From Malacoraja senta (Eukaryota): DNA of 64,000 bases. Position numbers and translations under genes: made by a program. Location of the stretch: contig JAXLNO010000137.1 in the NCBI GenBank assembly GCA_038087875.1, positions 1 to 64,000 of the forward strand, in the 5' to 3' direction. A model generated the notes under the pieces. It was given only the letters and a program-made list of their open reading frames with translations, ran no database searches and was not told the DNA's origin. Numbering within the stretch: position 1 is the first letter of the stretch; every line of letters starts with the position of its first letter. Shown here one piece after another: positions 37,301 to 49,034 of this stretch.

Positions 37301-37903
37301 TCTGCAGAAGGGTTTCGGCCCGAAACGTTGCCTATTTCCTTCGCTCCATAGATGCTGCCTCACCCGCTGAGTTTCTCCAGCTTTTTCTTGTCTACCTAGT
37401 CTGAAGAAGGTTCTTTTTTCTCGTCTTTATTCCTTTTTTCCCAGAGATGCTGCCTGACCCACTGAGTTACTCCAAACTGTTCAGTCTAGTTTAGGTAGAC
37501 AAAAGTGCTGGAGAAACTCAGCGGGTGCAGCAGCATCTATGGAGCGAAGGAAATAGGCAACGTTTCGTCCCGAAACCCTTAAGGAAATAGGCAACGTTTC
37601 GTCCCGAAACCCTTAAGGAAATAGGCAACGTTTCGTCCCGAAACCCTTAAGGAAATAGGCAACGTTTCGTCCCGAAACCCTTAAGGAAATAGGCAACGTT
37701 TCGTCCCGAAACCCTTAAGGAATTAGGCAACGTTTCGTCCCGAAACCCTTAAGGAAATAGGCAACGTTTCGGGCCGAAACCCTTAAGGGTTTCGTCCCGA
37801 AACGTTGCCTATTTCCTTTGCTCCATAGATGCTGCTGCACCCGCTGAGTTTCTCCAGCATTTTTGTGTACCTTCGATTTTCCAGCATCTGCAGTTCCTTC
37901 TTA
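37301..37903. mobile_element. Compound PLE-derived insertion with 13-bp TSD, containing a 7 x 34-bp array and a fold-back
   Basis: AACATTTATGAGA at 37288-37300 and 37904-37916, within a CR1 fragment. The array spans 37547-37784. Confidence 0.8.
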
Positions 37904-38319
37904 AACATTTATGAGACATTTGGATAGGCACATGGATAGGGCAGGTGTGCAGGGACATGGGCCAAATGCAGGCAGGTGGGACAAGTTGGGCCGAAGGGCC
38001 TGTTTCCACTCTGTGCAACTTGATGTTGGATTGTACTTTGTATAAATTCTCTGCCACATATTAAATATGACAGCACCAAAGCTACTTGAAAATCAATTAA
38101 TTGATTGGTGCGGGTGTCAATGGGGAGAAGGGGTTGAGAGGAAAACACAGATCAGCCATGGCTGAGTAGACTCAATGGGCCGAATGGCCTCACTCCTCTC
38201 TTATGACATAGGAACCTATGAATTTATGAACATTGATATTAAAGTGTTTCTGGTTGGGAACATTGTGCTGTAAATCTTTCTTCATTAAACTCAATGACAT
38301 AGGGTGGCACATAGAAACA

Positions 38320-38905
38320 GAAACATAGGCGCAGGAGTAGGCCGTTCGGCCCTACGAGCCAGCACCAGCATGGCTGATCATCCACAATCAGTACCCCGTC
38401 CCTGCTTTTGCCCCATATCCCTTGATTCCGTTAGCCCCAAGAGCTAAATCTAACTCTCTCTTGAAAACCTCCAGTGAATCGGCCTCCACTGCCTTCTGTG
38501 GCAGAGAATTCCACAGATTCACAACTCTCTGGGTGAAAAGGTTTGTCCTCATCTCAGTCCCAAATGGCCGACCCCTTATTCTTAAACTGTGACCCCTGGT
38601 TCTGGACTCCCCCAACATTGGGAAAACATTTCCTGCATCTCGCCTGTACAATCCTTTAAGAATTTTATATGTTTCTAAAAGAGCTCCTCTCATCCTTCTA
38701 CATTCTAGTGAGTACAAGCCCAGTCGACCCATTATTTCATCATATGTCACTGCCATCACGGGAATTAACCTGGTGAACCTACGCTGCACTCCCTCAATAG
38801 CAAGAATGTCCTTCCTCAAATTAGGAGACCAAAATTCCACACAGTACTCCAGGTGCAGTCTCACCAGGGCCCTGTACAACTGCAGTAGGACCTCCTTGCT
38901 CCTAA
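38320..38905 (-). mobile_element. CR1 3' fragment
   Basis: ORF 38388-38915: LHLEYCVEFWSP..TRGHSLRI..WNSLP. Confidence 0.9.
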
Positions 38906-39514
38906 ACTCCCACACTCCAAAGACGTATAGGTTTGTAGGCTAATTGGCTTGGTATAGTTATAAATTGTCCCTAGTGTATAGGATAGTGCTGGTAGAAACA
39001 TAGAAAGTAGACACAAACAGCTGAAGTAACTCAGACGGACAGGCAGCATCTCTGGAAAGAAGGAATGGGTGATGTTTCGGGTCGAGACCCTTCTTCAGAC
39101 TGAAACATAGAAACATAGATATGTTTCAGATAGAAACATAGAAAATAGTTGCAGGAGTAGGCCATTCGGCCCTTCGAGCCAGCACCGCCATTCAATATGA
39201 TCATGGCTGATCATCCAAAATCAGTACCCCATTCCTGCTTTCTCCCCATATCCCATGATTCCTTGAGCCCCAAGAGCTAAATCTAACTCTCCAGGTGTGC
39301 GGGGTGATTGCTGGTCAGCATCGACTCGATGGGCCGAAGGGCCGGTTTCCACGCTGTCTAACTAAACTAAACTCAATGACTTATTTTCAAGTAATTCATA
39401 TTCTATGGTGCATGCGCTTGATAATAATCTGTAATTGAGCTAATAATACTCTCCAACAAATGCCTTCTAGTGAGCGAGTGCAGCAGGCCCATGGACCATG
39501 ATCTGAGTTAAACA

Positions 39515-39903
39515 AGATTCAAGATTCAAGTGAGTTTATTGTCATGTGTCCCTGATAGGACAATGAAATTCTTGCTTTGCTTCAGCACAACAGAACATAG
39601 TAGGCATTGACTACAAAACAGATCAGTGTGTCCATATACCATTATATAAATATATGCACACATGAATAAATAAACTGATAAAGTGCAAATAACAGATAAT
39701 GGGCTATTAATGTTCAGAGTTTTGTTTGAGTTGAGTTCAATAGCCTGATGGCTGTGGGGAAGTAGCTATTCCTGAACCTGGTCGTTGCAGTCTTCAGGCT
39801 CCTGTACCTTCTACCTGAAGGTAGCGGGGAGATGAGTGTGTGGCCAGGATGGTGTGGGTCCTTGATGATGCTGCCAGCCTTTTTGAGGCAGCGACAGCGA
39901 TAG
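39515..39903 (-). mobile_element. Rex1/Babar 3' end
   Basis: (TTGAATC)n-type tail; homologous to 40765-41110 and 48545-48993. Confidence 0.75.
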
Positions 39904-40004
39904 ACAAGGGCTCAAATTGAGCATTTTATGGCTGTTTCAGCTCAATTTCAGCTCAAATGCAGGTTCCAAGGAAGGGTCACACTTGCCAATATGCTGGCTG
40001 GACC

Positions 40005-40292
40005 TTTAGAGTTGCAGCGCGGAAACAGGCCCTTCGGCCCACTGAGTCCGCGCCGACCAGCGATCACCCCGTACACTAGCACTATCCTACACACACTCGG
40101 AACAATTGACATCTTGCAGAAGCCACTTAATGTACAAACCTGCACGTCTTTGGAGTGTGGGAGGAAACCGGAGCACCCGTAGAAAACCCACGTGATCACA
40201 GGGAGAACTTATAACTCCGTACAGACAGCACCCGTAGTCAGGATCAAAGTCGGGTCTCTGGCGCTGTAAGGCAGCAACCCTACAGCTGCGCC
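40005..40292 (-). mobile_element. V-SINE (HE1-like)
   Basis: Reverse-complement match to the consensus. Confidence 0.85.
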
Positions 40293-40294
40293 AA

Positions 40295-40675
40295 CAGAGT
40301 GAGGCTAAACGCAAATTGGAGGAACAGCACCTCATATTTCGCTTGGGCAGCTTACAGCCCAGTGGTATGAACATTGATTTCTCTCACTTCAAGTAACCCC
40401 GGCATTCCCTCTCTCTCCATCCCTCCCCCACCCAAGTCGCACCAGCTTCTCGTTCTCACCCAACAAACAGCTAACAATGACCTGTTTCCTTTGTCATCGA
40501 TACTTTTTTGCAAATCTTTCATTCATTGTTCTTTATCTCTCTACATCACCGTCTATATCTCTCGTTTCTCTTATCCCGAACCAGTCTGAAGAAGGGTCTC
40601 GACCCGAAACGTCGCCCATTCCTTCTCTCCAGAGAGGCTGCCTGTCCCGCTGAGTTACTCCAGCAATTTGTGTCT
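40295..40675 (+). mobile_element. Penelope-like element 3' end: GIY-YIG endonuclease C-terminus, 3' UTR and hammerhead
   Basis: 40295-40396 translates QSEAKRKLEEQHLIFRLGSLQPSGMNIDFSHFK*. A pyrimidine-rich UTR and the hammerhead follow. Confidence 0.85.
40586..40613 (+). ncRNA. Minimal type I hammerhead ribozyme motif
   Basis: CUGAAGA core, extra A, stem II GGGU-CUCG-ACCC, GAAA, palindromic ACGU stem III, GUC cleavage triplet. Confidence 0.75.
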
Positions 40676-40764
40676 GAAATTGGGATAGCATAGATTTGTA
40701 TGTACAGGTTGTCATGGACTCAGTGGGCTGAAGGGCCTGTTTTGATGCTGTGTCATACTGTTTT

Positions 40765-41357
40765 CAAGTCAAGTGAGTTTATTGTCATGTGTCCCTGGTA
40801 GGACAATGAAATTCTTGCTTTGCTTGAGCACAACAGAACATAGTAGGCATTTACTACAAGGCATTCTATAAATATATACACAATGGTCAATATACTGATA
40901 AAGTGCAAATAACAGTATTGGCTAGTAAAGTTCAGTGTTATGTCCGAGCCAGGTTTAATAGCCTGATGGCTGTGGGGAAGTAGCTATTCCTGAACCTGGT
41001 CGTTGCAGTCTTCAGGCTCCTGTACCTTCTACCTGAAGGTAGTAGGGAGGTGAGTGTGTGGCCAGGATGATGTGGGTCCTTGATGATACTGCCAGCCTTT
41101 TTGAGGCAGCGACTGTGGTAGATCCCCTCGATGGAAGGGAGGTCAGAGCCGATGATGGACTGGGCAGTGTTTACTACTTTTTGTAGTCTTTTCCTCTCCA
41201 GGGCATTCAAGTTGCCGAACCAAGCCACGATGCAACCGGTCAGCATGCTCTCTACTGTGCACCTGTAGAAATTAGAGAGAGTCCTCCTTGACAAACCGAC
41301 TCTCCGTAATCTTCTCAGGAAGTAGAGGCGCTGATGTGCTTTCTTAATAATGGCATC
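40765..41357 (-). mobile_element. Rex1/Babar LINE 3' fragment
   Basis: ORF 40938-41294: NFYRCTVESMLTGCIVAWFGN..FRNSYFPTAIRLLN. Confidence 0.85.
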
Positions 41358-41599
41358 ATCATGACATTAATCTGAAAACTGCAGTGAAGATTTACGGGGA
41401 TGTTGCCAGGACTCGCGGGCCAGAGCTGTAGGGAGAGGTTGGTAAGCTAGGACGTTATTCCTTGGCGCGCAGGAGGCTGAGGGGTGATTTTATATCAGTG
41501 TATAAAATCATGAGGGGAATCGACAGGCTGCATGCAGAATCTTTTACCTAGCGTGCGGGAATATAGAACTCGAGTATATACCCTTAATGTGAGAGGAAA

Positions 41600-42048
41600 C
41601 ATAGAAACAGAGAAAAATAGGTGCAGGAGTAGGCCATTCGGCCCTTCGAGCCTGCACCGCCATTCAATATGATCATGGCTGATCATCCAACTCAGTATCC
41701 TGTACCTGCCTTCTCTCCATACCCCCTGATCCCTTTAGCCACAAGGGCCACATCTAACTCCCTCTTAAATATAGCCAATGAACTGGCCTCAACTACCTTC
41801 TGTGGCAGAGAATTCCACAGATTCACCACTCTCTGTGTGAAAAAAAAAAGTCTCATCTCGGTCCCAAAAAACGTCCCCCTTATCCTTAAACTGTGACCCC
41901 TTGTTCTGGACTTCCCCAACATCGGGAACAATCTTCCTGCATCTAGCCTGTCCAACCCCTTAAGAATTTTGTAAGTTTCTATAAGATCCCCCCTCAATTT
42001 TCTAAATTCTAGCGAGTACAAGCCGAGTCTATCCAGTCTTTCTTCATA
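41600..42048 (-). mobile_element. CR1 3' fragment
   Basis: Near-identical to 43100-43550. Confidence 0.9.
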
Positions 42049-43193
42049 GAGTTAATAGGAACCTGAGGGGCAACTATTTCACTCAGAGGGTGGTGGGTGT
42101 ATGGAACAAGCTGTCAGAGGAGGTAGTTGAGGCTGGTACTATCACAACTTTTAAAAGGCAAGTGCAGGTACATGGATAAGGAAAGGTTTCAAGGGATATG
42201 GGCCAAATGCTGGCAAATAGGGCTAGCTTGAATGGTCAGCATGGATGAGTTGGGACGAAGGGCCTGTTTATGTTCTGTATGACTCCTCTATAAGGGTTGG
42301 GATCCAACACAGGACTGTTATTGATCACTGGGCAAGTGTTATTTGATGAGGGCCCCAACCTGTAACGTCACCTATCCATGTCCTTGAGAGATGCTGCCTG
42401 ACCGACTCGCTGAGTTACTCCAGCGCTTTGTGTTTTGCTCTGTGCTTTGAGGCAATGTGGAGCCAAAGGTGAACTTGGATCAATGTTTCCAACGCTGCAG
42501 TGTATCCAACAGATGGCAGTGTCCCAGTAATAATCTCCATGGTGGTGTTTGGAAAGAAACCATTGTTTCCCCAGTGCCTGGGGTGAACAGAGGTATCCCC
42601 ACAACTTCATTACATCGCACCACACCTTAGCTTATTTTAGAGATACAGCGCGGAAACAGGCCCTTCAACGCACCGAGTTCGCACTGACCAGCGATCCCCG
42701 CACACTAACACTACCTTACACACACTAGGGGCAATTTTCCATTTTTAGACCAAGGCAAATAACCTAGAAACATGTACGCCTTTGGAGTGTGGGAGGAAAC
42801 CGAAGGTCTCGGAGAAAACCCACGCAGGTCACGGGGAGAAGGTACAAACTCCCTACAGGCAGCACCCGTAGTGGGGATCGAACCCGGGTCTGTGTACTCA
42901 TTACAGGCAGCAGCCACGGGTGTTTGGAGTTATGGGGAGAAGGTAGGAGAATGGGGTTAGGAGGGAGAGATAGATCAGCCATGATTGAATGGCGGAGTAG
43001 ACTTGATGGGCCAAATGGCTTAATTGTACCCCTATCGCTTATGACCTCTACCGCTGCGCCACCTCAGAGAGATGTTGAGTTTGTGGCAAGCTGATATAGA
43101 AACATAGAAACATAGAAATTAGGTGCAGGAGTAGGCCATTCGGCCCTTCGAGCCTGCACCGCCATTCAATATGATCATGGCTGATCATCCAAC

Positions 43194-45992
43194 TCAGTAT
43201 CCCGTACCTGTCTTCTCTCCATACCCTCTGATCCCTTTAGCCACAAGGGCCACATCTAGCTCCCTCTTAAATATAGCCAATGAACTGGCCTCGACTACCC
43301 TCTGTGGCAGAGAGTTCCAGAGATTCACCACTCTCTGTGTGAAAAAAGTTCTTCTCATCTCGGTTTTAAAGGATTTCCCCCTTATCCTTAAGCTGTGACC
43401 CCTTGTCCTGGACTTCCCCAACATCGGGAGCAATCTTCCTGCATCTAGCCTGTCCAACCCCTTAAGAATTTTGTAAGTTTCTATAAGATCCCCTCTCAAT
43501 CTCCTAAATTCTAGAGAGTATAAACCAAGTCTATCCAGTCTTTCTTCATAAGACAGTCCTGACATCCCAGGAATCAGTCTGGTGAACCTTCTCTGCACTC
43601 CCTCTATGGCAATAATGTCCTTCCTCAGATTTGGAGACCAAAACTGTACGCAATACTCCAGGTGTGGTCTCACCAAGACCCTGTACAACTGCAGTAGAAC
43701 CTCCCTGCTCCTATACTCAAATCCTTTTGCTATGAAAGCTAACATACCATTCGCTTTCTTCACTGCCTGCTGCACCTGCATGCCTACTTTCAATGACTGG
43801 TGTACCATGACACCCAGGTCTCGCTGCATCTCCCCTTTTCCTAATCGACCACCATTCAGATAATAGTCTACTTTCCTGTTTTTGCCACCAAAGTGGATAA
43901 CCTCACATTTATCCACATTATACTGCATCTGCCATGCATTTGCCCACTCACCCAGCCTATCCAAGTCACCTTGCAGCCTCCGAGCATCCTCCTCACAGCT
44001 AACACTGCCCCCCAGCTTCGTGTCATCCGCAAACTTGGAGATGTTGCATTCAATTCCCTCGTCCAAATCATTAATATATATCGTAAATAGCTGGGGTCCC
44101 AGCACTGAGCCTTGCGGTACCCCACTAGTCACTGCCTGCCATTGTGAAAAGGACCCGTTTACTCCTACTCTTTGCTTCCTGTTTGCCAGCCAGTTCTCTA
44201 TCCACATCAATACTGAACCCCCAATGCCATGTGCTTTAAGTTTGTATACTAATCTCTTATGTGGGACCTTGTCGAAAGCCTTCTGGAAGTCCAGATACAC
44301 CACATCCACTGGTTCTCCCCTATCCACGCTACTAGTTACATCCTCGAAAAATTCTATAAGATTCGTCAGACATGATTTACCTTTCGTAAATCCATGCTGA
44401 CTTTGTCCAATGATTTCACCACTTTCCAAATGTGCTGCTATCCCATCTTTAATAACTGACTCTAGCAGTTTCCCCACTACCGATGTTAGACTAACTGGTC
44501 TGTAATTCCCCGTTTTCTCTCTCCCTCCCTTCTTAAAAAGTGGGGTTACGTTTGCTACCCGCCAATCCTCAGGAACTACTCCAGAATCTAAAGAATTTTG
44601 AAAGATTATTACTAATGCATCCACTATTTCTGGAGCTACTTCCTTAAGTACTCTGGGATGCAGCCTATCTGGCCCTGGGGATTTATCGGCCTTTAATCCA
44701 TTCAATTTACCCAAAACCACTTCCCGACTAACCTGGATTTCACTCAATTCCTCCAACTCCATTGACCCGCGGTCCCCTGCTATTTCCGGCAGATTATTTA
44801 TGTCTTCCTTAGTGAAGACGGAACCAAAGTAGTTATTCAATTGGTCCGCCATATCCTTGTTCTCCATGATCAACTCACCTGTTTCTGACTGCAAGGGACC
44901 TACATTTGTTTTAACTAATCTCTTTCTTTTTACATATTTATAAAAACTTTTGCAGTCAGTTTTTATGTTCCCTGCCAGTTTTCCTTCATAATCTATTTTT
45001 CCTTTCCTAATTAAGCCCTTTGTCCTCCTCTGCAGGTCTCTGAATTTCTCCCAGTCCTCTGGTATGCTGCTTTTTCTGGCTAATTTGTACGCATCATCTT
45101 TCGCTTTGATACCATCCCTGATTTCCCTTGTTATCCACGGATGCACTACCTTCCCTGATTTATTCTTTTGCCAAACTGGGATGAACAATTTTTGTAGTTC
45201 ATCCATGCAGTCTTTAAATGTCTTCCATTGCATGTCCACCGTCAACCCTTTTAGAATTAATTGCCAGTCAATCATGGCCAATTCATGTCTCATACCCTCA
45301 AAGTTACCTTTCTTTAAGTTCAGAACCATTGTTTCTGAATTAACAATGTCACTCTCCATCCTAATGAAGAACTCAACCATATTATGGTCACTCTTGCCCA
45401 AGGGGGCACATACAACAAGACTGCTAACTAACCCTTCCTCATTACTCAATACCCAGTCTAAAATAGCCTGCTCTCTCGTTGGTTCCTCTACATGTTGGTT
45501 TAGATAACTATCCCGCATACATTCCAAGAAATCCTCTTCCTCAGCACCCCTGCCAATTTGATTCACCCAATCTATATGTAGATTGAAGTCACCCATTATA
45601 ACTGTTTTGCCTTTGTCGCACGCATTTCTAATTTCCTGTTTGATACCATCTCCAACTTCACTACTACTGTTAGGTGGCCTGTACACAACACCCACCAGCG
45701 TTTTCTGCCCCTTAGTGTTTCGCAGCTCTACCCATACCGATTCCACATCCTCGAACCTAATGTCCTTCCTTTCCATTGCGTTAATCTCCTCTCTAATCAT
45801 CAATGCTACCCCACCTCCTTTTCCTTTCTCTCTATCCCTCCTGAATATTGAATATCCCTGGATGTTCAGCTCCCAGCCTTGGTCACCCTGGAGCCATGTC
45901 TCCGTGATCCCAACTATATCATAGTCATTAATAGCTATCTGCACATTCAACTCATCCACCTTATTACGAATGCTCCTTGCATTGAGACACAA
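43194..45992 (-). CDS. CR1 ORF2: APE endonuclease plus reverse transcriptase (932-aa open frame, no ATG at its start)
   Basis: APE motifs CLNARS, ITETW, GDFN, SDH; RT motifs NYRPVSL, QHGF, YLDFQKAFD, GVPQGS, FADD. Confidence 0.93.
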   Translation of the reverse strand: MCLNARSIRNKVDELNVQIAINDYDIVGITETWLQGDQGWELNIQGYSIFRRDREKGKGGGVALMIREEINAMERKDIRFEDVESVWVELRNTKGQKTLVGVVYRPPNSSSEVGDGIKQEIRNACDKGKTVIMGDFNLHIDWVNQIGRGAEEEDFLECMRDSYLNQHVEEPTREQAILDWVLSNEEGLVSSLVVCAPLGKSDHNMVEFFIRMESDIVNSETMVLNLKKGNFEGMRHELAMIDWQLILKGLTVDMQWKTFKDCMDELQKLFIPVWQKNKSGKVVHPWITREIRDGIKAKDDAYKLARKSSIPEDWEKFRDLQRRTKGLIRKGKIDYEGKLAGNIKTDCKSFYKYVKRKRLVKTNVGPLQSETGELIMENKDMADQLNNYFGSVFTKEDINNLPEIAGDRGSMELEELSEIQVSREVVLGKLNGLKADKSPGPDRLHPRVLKEVAPEIVDALVIIFQNSLDSGVVPEDWRVANVTPLFKKGGREKTGNYRPVSLTSVVGKLLESVIKDGIAAHLESGEIIGQSQHGFTKGKSCLTNLIEFFEDVTSSVDRGEPVDVVYLDFQKAFDKVPHKRLVYKLKAHGIGGSVLMWIENWLANRKQRVGVNGSFSQWQAVTSGVPQGSVLGPQLFTIYINDLDEGIECNISKFADDTKLGGSVSCEEDARRLQGDLDRLGEWANAWQMQYNVDKCEVIHFGGKNRKVDYYLNGGRLGKGEMQRDLGVMVHQSLKVGMQVQQAVKKANGMLAFIAKGFEYRSREVLLQLYRVLVRPHLEYCVQFWSPNLRKDIIAIEGVQRRFTRLIPGMSGLSYEERLDRLGLYSLEFRRLRGDLIETYKILKGLDRLDAGRLLPMLGKSRTRGHSLRIRGKSFKTEMRRTFFTQRVVNLWNSLPQRVVEASSLAIFKRELDVALVAKGIRGYGEKTGTGY

Positions 45993-46224
45993 GCCTTCAG
46001 GCTTGTTTTTACAACACTCTTACCCCTTATACAATTATGTTGAAAAGTGGCCCTTTATGATTTTTGCCCTGGTTTTGTCTGTCTTCCACTTTTACTTTTC
46101 ACCTTGCTACCTATTGCTTCTACCCTCATTTTACACTCCTCTGTCTCTACGCTCACACATTTAAGAAACCCTTTCCCTTTAACTCCATCCTCCACTATCC
46201 CATTCGACACCCCACCCCCCTTAT

Positions 46225-47151
46225 TCAGTTTAAAACCACCCGTGTAGCAGTGGCAAACCTGCCTGCCAGAATGCTGGTCCCACACCTGTTAAGATGCAAT
46301 CCGTCCCTTTTGTACAGTTCCCCCTTACCCCAAAACAGATCCCAGTGATCTAAGAATCTAAATCCCTGCCCCGTGCACCAGTTCCTGAGCCACACGTTCA
46401 GGTCCCGTATCTCCCTGTTCCTGCTCTCGCCAGCACGAGGAACTGGAAGCAAACCGGAGATAACAACCCTGGAGGTCCTGCTTTTCAGCATTTTTCCGAG
46501 CTCTCTAAAGTCACGCTGCAGAATATTCATCCCCTTCTTTCCGACATCGTTTGTGCCGACATGCACTACCACTTCCGGATGTTCACCTTCGCCCTCGAGG
46601 ATTTTCTGCACTCTGTCCGTGACATCCTGGATCCTGGCACCAGGAAGGCAGCACACCATCCTCGCATCCCGTCTGTTGCCACAGAAACCCCTGTCCGTAC
46701 CTCTCACAATGGAGTCTCCCACTACAATGGCGTTGCCTGCCTTAGGCCTTTTTGGTTTTGGCTCAACAGCCCTATTCCCATCGCAAGCCAGTCCGCCGCT
46801 CAGTGTAAACACGTCTTCTGTCCCAACAGCTTCTAAGTGGGTGAACCTGTTCACAAGAGGTACAACACCCGGGGACGTTGGCATTCCATGCTTCCCTCCC
46901 TTTCTCACCGTCTCCCACCTTCTCTCTTCCAGTACCTTAGGTGTAACAATCGTACTGTAGGACTTGTCGAGGAACGACTCCGTTTCTCGGACGAACCGAA
47001 GGTCATCCACTTGCTTCTCCAGTTCCCCAACACGGCCCTTCAGGAGCTCTACCTGGATGCACTTCTCGCATTTGTAGCAGCCAGAGGCACCAGCGGTGTC
47101 CTTGACCTCCCACATACTGCAAGCATCGCACTGAATCAGCTTGCCTGACAT
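46225..47151 (-). CDS. CR1 ORF1: zinc finger, coiled coil and SGNH esterase
   Basis: CxxC..CxxC N-terminus, heptad LKGRVGELEKQVDDL, and GDS, GTND and DGLH blocks. Confidence 0.92.
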   Translation of the reverse strand: MSGKLIQCDACSMWEVKDTAGASGCYKCEKCIQVELLKGRVGELEKQVDDLRFVRETESFLDKSYSTIVTPKVLEERRWETVRKGGKHGMPTSPGVVPLVNRFTHLEAVGTEDVFTLSGGLACDGNRAVEPKPKRPKAGNAIVVGDSIVRGTDRGFCGNRRDARMVCCLPGARIQDVTDRVQKILEGEGEHPEVVVHVGTNDVGKKGMNILQRDFRELGKMLKSRTSRVVISGLLPVPRAGESRNREIRDLNVWLRNWCTGQGFRFLDHWDLFWGKGELYKRDGLHLNRCGTSILAGRFATATRVVLN

Positions 47152-48544
47152 CTCCTTCTTTTGTCTCTACCTCTCAAGCGTATTGCATGGTGTCCTCTCC
47201 TAAGACTCTCGAGCCAAAGACGCACACTTTTCTCACAGGGCACTTCCCTCACAAGGCCTCTCACTCACTGCCGCTCGCTAAGAGCCGTCTTGCTTAAATT
47301 GACGGATAAATTGCCTGATTTACCAATTTACAAACAAAATTCCTCAGTTTTCAACTGTTTTCCCGGCACTGACTCACTTCTCTCCTCCCACTCGGGCTAG
47401 AGCCAATCAGTCGTATCTCTTGCTAATCTCCTGCTGCTGTTGCTCCCAAATCTACAGCAGTTCCAAATTTTATCAAATTCAATAAAATGAAACAAAATAT
47501 GACACATGTGGGTTCCTCTCATCATTTTGTACACGGATTACATTTTGTAGCTTCTACGGAATTCCATCCCTATCTTGGCTGATGCTAAAAATTGTCCTTT
47601 GTCATTTTTAAATTCACGTGTTTAATCGATAATGTTTTATTATTAATGTTTTATTATTAATGTTTAATGTTTTATGTGTCGTTCCTAACTGTCACTCTAT
47701 GTCATGTTGTCACTTGCAGGCGGAGCACCAAGGCAAATTCCTTGTATGTGAATACTTGGCCAAGAGACTTATTCTCTTATTCTAAAATGGCAAGTTATTT
47801 CAAGTATGTGTCAGAAGGAACTGCAGATGCTGGTTTACACCAAAGGTAGATAGAAAATGCTGGAGTAACTCAGCAGGTCAGGCAGCATCTCTGGAGATAA
47901 GGAATGGGTGACCTTTCGGGTCAAGTCTGAAGAAGGGTCTCAATCCAAATCATCACCCATTCCTTCTCTCCAGAGATGCTGCCTGTCCCGCTGAGTTACT
48001 CCAGTATTTTGTCTCTATCTTCGGCAAGATAGTCCAATCTTGCTTGTGGGTCGAATAAGGCCACACTCTCAGGTAAAGAAAAATTAGAATGCAGTTACTG
48101 TACATGCACATATGAATGGCAAATATATTATTTTCTTTTGCCTTTTTATTTTTTTACTTTTGAACTGAAGTGATCTGGGAGACAATCTCTGTGTTTTCCA
48201 GACCTGTTGATGAGTGTTCACCTCTTTTATTTCATTGTTGTTTCTCTGGATGCCTACGTCTGAGCGAGAGAAAAAATAAATCCTCAAGGGTGTCTGTGCA
48301 GGCGGAATATACTTTACAATATTTTATTCCTTTATTGACAGTTCAATTTCAAGTTTTTGCAAATTACTTTCTACCATCTGACAGGATTTTTCTTTACTAG
48401 TAAATAACACAACACCTAACTTTTTTTCGAACAGGTTTACCACTATTCTGGCAAACCTCTTCTGCACCCTCTCCAAAGCCTCCACATCCTTCCTGTAATG
48501 GGGTGACCAGAAGTGCACGCAATACTCCAACTGCAGACAAAGAG

Positions 48545-48993
48545 TAGTAACCACTGCCCAGTCCATCATCGGCTCTGACCTCCCTTCCATCGAGGGGATC
48601 TATCGCAGTCGCTGCCTCAAAAAGGCTGGCAGTATCATCAGGGACCCACACCATCCTGGCCACACACTCATCTCCCTACTACCTTCAGGTAGAAGGTACA
48701 GGAGCCTGAAGACTGCAACGACCAGGTTCAGGAATAGCTACTTCCCCACAGCCATCAGGCTATTAAACTCGGCTCGGACAAAACTCTGAACATTAATAGC
48801 CCATTATCTGTTTATTTGCACTTTATCAGTTTATTTATTCATGTGTGTATATATTTGTATAAAGGTATATGGACACACTGATCTGTTTTGTAGTCAATGC
48901 CTACTATGTTCTGTTGTGCTGAAGCAAAGCAAGAATTTCATTGTCCTATCAGGGACACATGACAATAAACTCTCTTGAACTTGAACTTGAACT
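48545..48993 (+). mobile_element. Rex1/Babar 3' fragment nested in a CR1 fragment
   Basis: Reverse complement of the 39515-39903 / 40950-41175 family; (TTGAAC)n tail. Confidence 0.8.
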
Positions 48994-49034
48994 TAACTGC
49001 CCCATGACTTCCTGACCATCATAGTCAATGCCCT

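Larger units (their letters stand above)
43097..47400 (-). mobile_element. Near-full-length CR1/HER1-like LINE (5' UTR, ORF1, ORF2, 3' UTR, (TTTCTATG)n tail)
   Basis: Two ORFs in CR1 order; tail CATAGAAA repeats at 43097-43118. The 5' boundary is approximate and no TSD was found. Confidence 0.93.

Noticed and set aside
37547..37784. 34-bp partly palindromic repeats (and the 66-bp arrays) as a CRISPR array
   Set aside because: The units abut with no unique spacers, there are no cas genes, and the units derive from the PLE terminus.
46225..47151. Host SGNH/GDSL esterase gene
   Set aside because: Its position and domain order identify it as CR1 ORF1.
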